A program made the position numbers and the translations under genes. DNA of 30,950 bases from a virus (Duplodnaviria > Heunggongvirae > Uroviricota > Caudoviricetes): IMG/VR virus record IMGVR_UViG_2695420421_000007, one strand, 5' to 3'. The notes under the pieces are model-generated. The model worked only from the letters and a program-made list of their open reading frames with translations, had not been told where the DNA came from and made no database searches. Of this stretch, positions 26,978-30,950 are shown piece by piece (the stretch's first letter is position 1; each line of letters opens with the position of its first letter).

Positions 26978-27217
26978 ATGATGCACTTAAAGAACATAAA
27001 AGCAGGTAATGCTAAAACAGTGGAGCAGTATGAGTTAACAAAGAAGCACGGAGTCATCTGGCTTTACTCTGAGGACGGAAAAAACTGGTATGAGGAAGTG
27101 AAGAACTTTCAGCCAGACACAATAAAGATTGTTTACGATGCAAATAATATTATTACGCAGTGTGAACACCGTTGGCAAATCGGCATTCGTGGAGGCTGTC
27201 GGTCGGGCGAGCGATGA
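26978..27217 (+). pseudogene. tfa: Tail fibre assembly gene, N-terminal fragment only (truncated tfa)
   Basis: [11 protein letters not shown]...[24 protein letters not shown] matches the N-terminus of E. coli Tfa proteins as recalled; reading frame runs into the J-like fragment and ends without the Tfa C-terminal half. Confidence 0.6.
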
Positions 27218-28268
27218 TGCGGAAGGTTACCTGGATTTTTTCAAAGGAGAGATAGGGAAAACACATCTGGCTCAGGAGCTGTGGACGCAGATTGATAACG
27301 GTCAGCTTGCGCCTGACCTGGCTGAAATCAGGACGTCCATTACGGATGTCAGCAATGAAATCACGCAGACTGTCAATAAGAAACTGAAAGACCAGAGTGC
27401 GGCAATCCAGCAGATACAGAAGGTTCAGGTTGATACAAATAATAATCTGAACAGCATGTGGGCTGTGAAGCTGCAACAGATGAAGGACGGACGCCTTTAT
27501 ATTGCGGGTATCGGTGCCGGTATTGAGAATACGCCAGCAGGAATGCAGAGTCAGGTGCTGCTGGCGGCAGACAGGATTGCGATGATTAATCCTGCGAATG
27601 GCAACACAAAGCCGATGTTTGTTGGTCAGGGCGATCAGATATTCATGAACGACGTGTTCCTGAAACGCCTGACGGCTCCCACCATTACCAGCGGCGGTAA
27701 TCCTCCGGCATTTTCCCTGACACCGGACGGAAAACTGACCGCTAAAAATGCAGATATCAGTGGCAGTGTGAATGCGAACGCCGGGACGCTCAACAATGTC
27801 ACAATTAATGAGAACTGTCAGATTAAGGGGAAACTGTCAGCCAACCAGATTGAAGGCGATATAGTCAAAACAGTGGGTAAGGCTTTTCCGCGGGACTCCC
27901 GGGCACCGGAGCGGTGGCCATCAGGGACCATTACCGTCAGGATTTATGACGATCAGCCTTTTGACAGGCAAATTGTTATTCCGGCGGTGGCATTCAGCGG
28001 CGCTAAACATGAGCGGGAGAATAACGATATTTATTCGTCATGCCGCCTGATAGTACGGAAAAACGGTGCTGAAATTTATAACCGTACCGCGCTGGATAAT
28101 ACGCTGATTTACAGTGGTGTTATTGATATGCCAGCTGGTCGCGGCCACATGACGCTGGAGTTTTCGGTGTCAGCATGGCTGGTGAATAACTGGTATCCCA
28201 CAGCAAGTATCAGCGATTTGCTGGTTGTGGTGATGAAGAAAGCCACCGCAGGCATCAGTATCAGCTGA
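27129..28268 (+). pseudogene. J: C-terminal fragment of a lambda J-like tail tip/host-specificity gene
   Basis: From about 27171 the translation parallels the lambda J C-terminus as recalled ([78 protein letters not shown]); the N-terminal bulk of J (about 1100 aa in lambda) is absent. Confidence 0.75.
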
Positions 28269-28287
28269 ATTTTATAACCCATATACG

Positions 28288-28314
28288 GGCGCCAGAAATG
28301 GCGCCTTTTTTATT
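28288..28314 (+). terminator. Rho-independent terminator downstream of the J-like fragment
   Basis: GGCGCC-agaaat-GGCGCC hairpin followed by TTTTTTATT. Confidence 0.6.
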
Positions 28315-28335
28315 GCAGAAAAGCGAGAGGTAATT

Positions 28336-28935
28336 ATGCGTAAAGTTTGTGCAGCAATTTTGTCCGCAGCCATCTGTCTGTCCGTATCCGGTGCGCCTGC
28401 ATGGGCGTCTGAACATCAGTCCACACTGAGCGCGGGGTATCTTCATGCCCGTACGAACGCTCCCGGCAGCGATAATCTGAACGGGATTAACGTGAAATAC
28501 CGTTATGAGTTTACGGACGCGCTGGGGCTGATTACGTCCTTCAGTTATGCCAATGCTGAGGATGAGCAAAAAACGCACTACAGCGATACCCGCTGGCATG
28601 AAGATTCCGTGCGTAACCGCTGGTTCAGCGTGATGGCGGGGCCGTCTGTACGCGTGAATGAATGGTTCAGCGCGTATGCGATGGTGGGTGTGGCTTACAG
28701 CCGTGTGTCGACTTTCTCCGGGGATTATCTCCGCGTAACTGACAACAAGGGGAAAACGCACGATGTGCTGACCGGAAGTGATGACGGTCGCCACAGCAAC
28801 ACGTCTCTGGCGTGGGGGGCTGGCGTGCAGTTTAACCCGACCGAATCCGTGACCATTGACCTTGCTTATGAAGGTTCCGGTAGTGGTGACTGGCGAACGG
28901 ATGCATTTATTGTTGGTATCGGATACCGTATCTGA
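28336..28935 (+). CDS. lom: Lom outer-membrane protein (Ail/Lom family, 199 aa)
   Basis: Signal peptide then beta-barrel-type alternating pattern with C-terminal ...GIGYRI; lies after J as in lambda. Confidence 0.85.
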   Translation: MRKVCAAILSAAICLSVSGAPAWASEHQSTLSAGYLHARTNAPGSDNLNGINVKYRYEFTDALGLITSFSYANAEDEQKTHYSDTRWHEDSVRNRWFSVMAGPSVRVNEWFSAYAMVGVAYSRVSTFSGDYLRVTDNKGKTHDVLTGSDDGRHSNTSLAWGAGVQFNPTESVTIDLAYEGSGSGDWRTDAFIVGIGYRI

Positions 28936-29040
28936 CAACAGACGCCGATTTATCTTCTGTAAATATTGTTATGATACGCAGGTTCATCCACCTTATGGGG
29001 TGAACTGCGTTTGAGGAAACGTAAAGTTACACTGTCCTGA

Positions 29041-29073
29041 AGCCCGTGGCGTCACTGCTGCGGGCTTTTTTTA
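29041..29073 (+). terminator. Rho-independent terminator-like hairpin between lom and stf
   Basis: AGCCCG-N14-CGGGCT followed by TTTTTTT, about 15 bp upstream of the stf start. Confidence 0.5.
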
Positions 29074-29086
29074 TTGGTGGAAAAGT

Positions 29087-30950
29087 ATGACAGTAAAAAT
29101 TTCTGGCGTGCTTAAAGATGGCACAGGAAAACCAGTACAGAACTGCACCATTGTGCTGAAGGCCAGACGAACCAGCAGCACGATGGTGGTGAACACGGTG
29201 GCCTCTGAAAATCCGGATGAAGCCGGACGTTACAGCATGGATGTTGAGCATGGTCAGTACAGCGTCACCCTGCTGGTTGAAGGTTTTCCGCCTTCACATG
29301 CCGGGACCATTACCGTCTATGAAGGTTCCAGACCAGGTACGCTGAATGATTTTCTCGGTGCCATGACGGAGGATGATGTCCGACCGGAGGCACTGCGCCG
29401 CTTTGAGCAGATGGTGGAAGAGGTGTCACGTAACGCCTCCGCGGTTGCACAGAATACGGCAGCCGCGAAAAAATCAGCCAGCGAGGCGGCAACTCATGCA
29501 ACCGATGCTGCAGCCTCAGCACGTGCCGCCAGCACGTCAGCCGGACAGGCCGCGTCGTCGGCTCAGTCAGCGTCTTCCAGCGCAGGAACGGCATCGACAA
29601 AGGCCCGTGAAGCAGCAAAAAGTGCTGCTGCAGAGTCATCAAAAAGCGCGGCAGCTACCAGCGCCAGTGCCGCGAAAACGTCAGAAACGAATGCCGCAGC
29701 ATCACAAAAATCGGCAGCCACTTCTGCATCCACAGCGACCACGAAGGCGTCAGAAGCTGCCACCTCGGCACGGGGTGCGGCGGCCTCAAAAGAGGCAGCG
29801 AAATCTTCAGAAACGAATGCATCATCAAGTGCCAGTAGTGCAGCTTCCTCGGCAACGGCGGCAGGAAATTCCGCGAAGGCGGCAAAAACGTCCGAGACGA
29901 ACGCTAAGTCTTCTGAAACAGCAGCGGGACAGAGCGCCTCAGCTGCGGCAGGTTCAAAAACAGCGGCTGCATTATCTGCCAGTGCCGCGTCAACAAGTGC
30001 CGGGCAGGCCTCAGCCAGTGCCACCGCCGCCGGAAAATCGGCAGAAAGCGCCGCATCATCCGCTTCAACAGCCACAACGAAGGCTGGCAAAGCCACTGAG
30101 CAAGCCACTGCAGCAGCGAGGTCTGCTTCTGCAGCAAAAACCTCTGAAACAAATGCAAAGACTTCAGCAGACAATGCTGCTTCCTCTAAGGCAGCAGCCG
30201 CATCGTCAGCCAGTTCAGCGGCGTCATCGGCATCATCTGCGTCTGCTTCAAAAGATGAGGCGACCAGACAAGCGTCAGCAGCGAAAGGTAGTGCCACGAC
30301 AGCAACAACGAAAGCATCAGAGGCGGCAGGCAGTGCGACGGCTGCATCTCAGAGCAAAGTTGCTGCTGAATCCGCGGCAACGCGCGCCGAGACAGCAGCA
30401 AAACGGGCAGAGGATATTGCATCCGCCGTGGCGCTGGAGGATGCGAGCACGACGAAAAAGGGGATAGTACAGCTCAGCAGTGCGACCAACAGCACTTCCG
30501 AGTCACTGGCGGCAACGCCAAAAGCGGTTAAGGCGGTAATGGGTGAAACGAACAAGAAAGCGCCCTTAAATAGTCCTGCACTGACCGGAACGCCAACAAC
30601 ACCAACTGCGCGACAGGGAACGAATAATACCCAAATCGCAAGCACGGCTTTCGTTATGGCTGCGATTGCCGCCCTTGTAGATTCGTCACCTGATGCACTG
30701 AACACGCTGAACGAGCTGGCTGCGGCGCTGGGCAACGACCCGAATTTTGCGACCACCATGACTAACGCGCTTGCGGGTAAGCAACCGAAAGATGCCACCC
30801 TGACGGCGCTGGCCGGACTTACTACTGCGGCAGGCAAGTTTCCGTATTTTACGGGGAATGATGTCGCCAGCCTGGCAACCCTGACAAAAGTCGGGCGGGA
30901 TATTCTTGCGAAATCGACCGTTGCTGCCGTTATCGAATACCTCGGTTTAC
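29087..30950 (+). CDS. stf: Side tail fibre protein Stf (lambda-type), 5' partial; continues past the window end
   Basis: ATG at 29087 with GGTGG upstream; N-terminus MTVKISGVLKDGTGKPVQNCTIVLKARR...GFPPSHAGTITVYEGSRPGTLNDFL parallels lambda Stf as recalled, followed by an Ala/Ser/Thr-rich repetitive region and the conserved [20 protein letters not shown] block. No stop before 30950. Confidence 0.85.
   Translation, partial: MTVKISGVLKDGTGKPVQNCTIVLKARRTSSTMVVNTVASENPDEAGRYSMDVEHGQYSVTLLVEGFPPSHAGTITVYEGSRPGTLNDFLGAMTEDDVRPEALRRFEQMVEEVSRNASAVAQNTAAAKKSASEAATHATDAAASARAASTSAGQAASSAQSASSSAGTASTKAREAAKSAAAESSKSAAATSASAAKTSETNAAASQKSAATSASTATTKASEAATSARGAAASKEAAKSSETNASSSASSAASSATAAGNSAKAAKTSETNAKSSETAAGQSASAAAGSKTAAALSASAASTSAGQASASATAAGKSAESAASSASTATTKAGKATEQATAAARSASAAKTSETNAKTSADNAASSKAAAASSASSAASSASSASASKDEATRQASAAKGSATTATTKASEAAGSATAASQSKVAAESAATRAETAAKRAEDIASAVALEDASTTKKGIVQLSSATNSTSESLAATPKAVKAVMGETNKKAPLNSPALTGTPTTPTARQGTNNTQIASTAFVMAAIAALVDSSPDALNTLNELAAALGNDPNFATTMTNALAGKQPKDATLTALAGLTTAAGKFPYFTGNDVASLATLTKVGRDILAKSTVAAVIEYLGL
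30460..30950. repeat. Direct repeat copy 2 (inside stf) of the tail-fibre segment
   Basis: Matches 25470..25960 at a constant offset of 4990 bp; truncated by the window end. Confidence 0.8.

Noticed and set aside
29373-30467. 364-aa plus-strand and 244-aa minus-strand ORFs (29563..30297) with Pro/Arg/Gln-rich or Ala-rich translations
   Set aside because: Alternative frames of the Ala/Ser-rich repetitive region of stf; the stf frame starting at 29087 carries the recognisable tail-fibre sequence.
1-30950. CRISPR arrays, tRNA or rRNA genes
   Set aside because: No regularly spaced short repeats with unique spacers and no tRNA- or rRNA-like structure were seen on reading the sequence; the prophage junction is not at a tRNA gene.

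Overview
The window runs from the 5' end of a conserved E. coli-type chromosomal block (nlpC-btuD-btuE-btuC, all on the minus strand, 45..2930) into a P2-like (Peduovirus-type) prophage whose left junction lies just upstream of btuC (about 2931..3122). Calls rest on reading the ORF-track translations against remembered protein families; no searches were run. The prophage shows the P2 layout: a leftward C-repressor/integrase operon, a rightward early operon ending in a P2 gpA-family replication initiator (7937..10759), a cos-proximal cargo region (10836..13132), leftward portal Q and terminase P, then the rightward late genes O N M L X Y, a lysis cassette, and R S V W J I H. Two things stand out as candidate novel biology. 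(1) An AT-rich two-gene module (3123..4161) sits directly downstream of int in the same leftward operon, encoding a Cys-cluster protein and a hendecad-repeat coiled-coil membrane-anchored protein. (2) The A-to-Q cargo slot, where P2 itself carries tin and old, holds a ParM-like actin-family ATPase plus four small genes of unknown function. After tail-fibre gene H the P2-like module stops at a truncated tfa fused to the C-terminal part of a lambda J-like gene, followed by lom and a lambda-type stf that runs off the window. A roughly 490-bp segment of H and stf is near-identical in direct orientation. No tRNA, rRNA or CRISPR array was seen.
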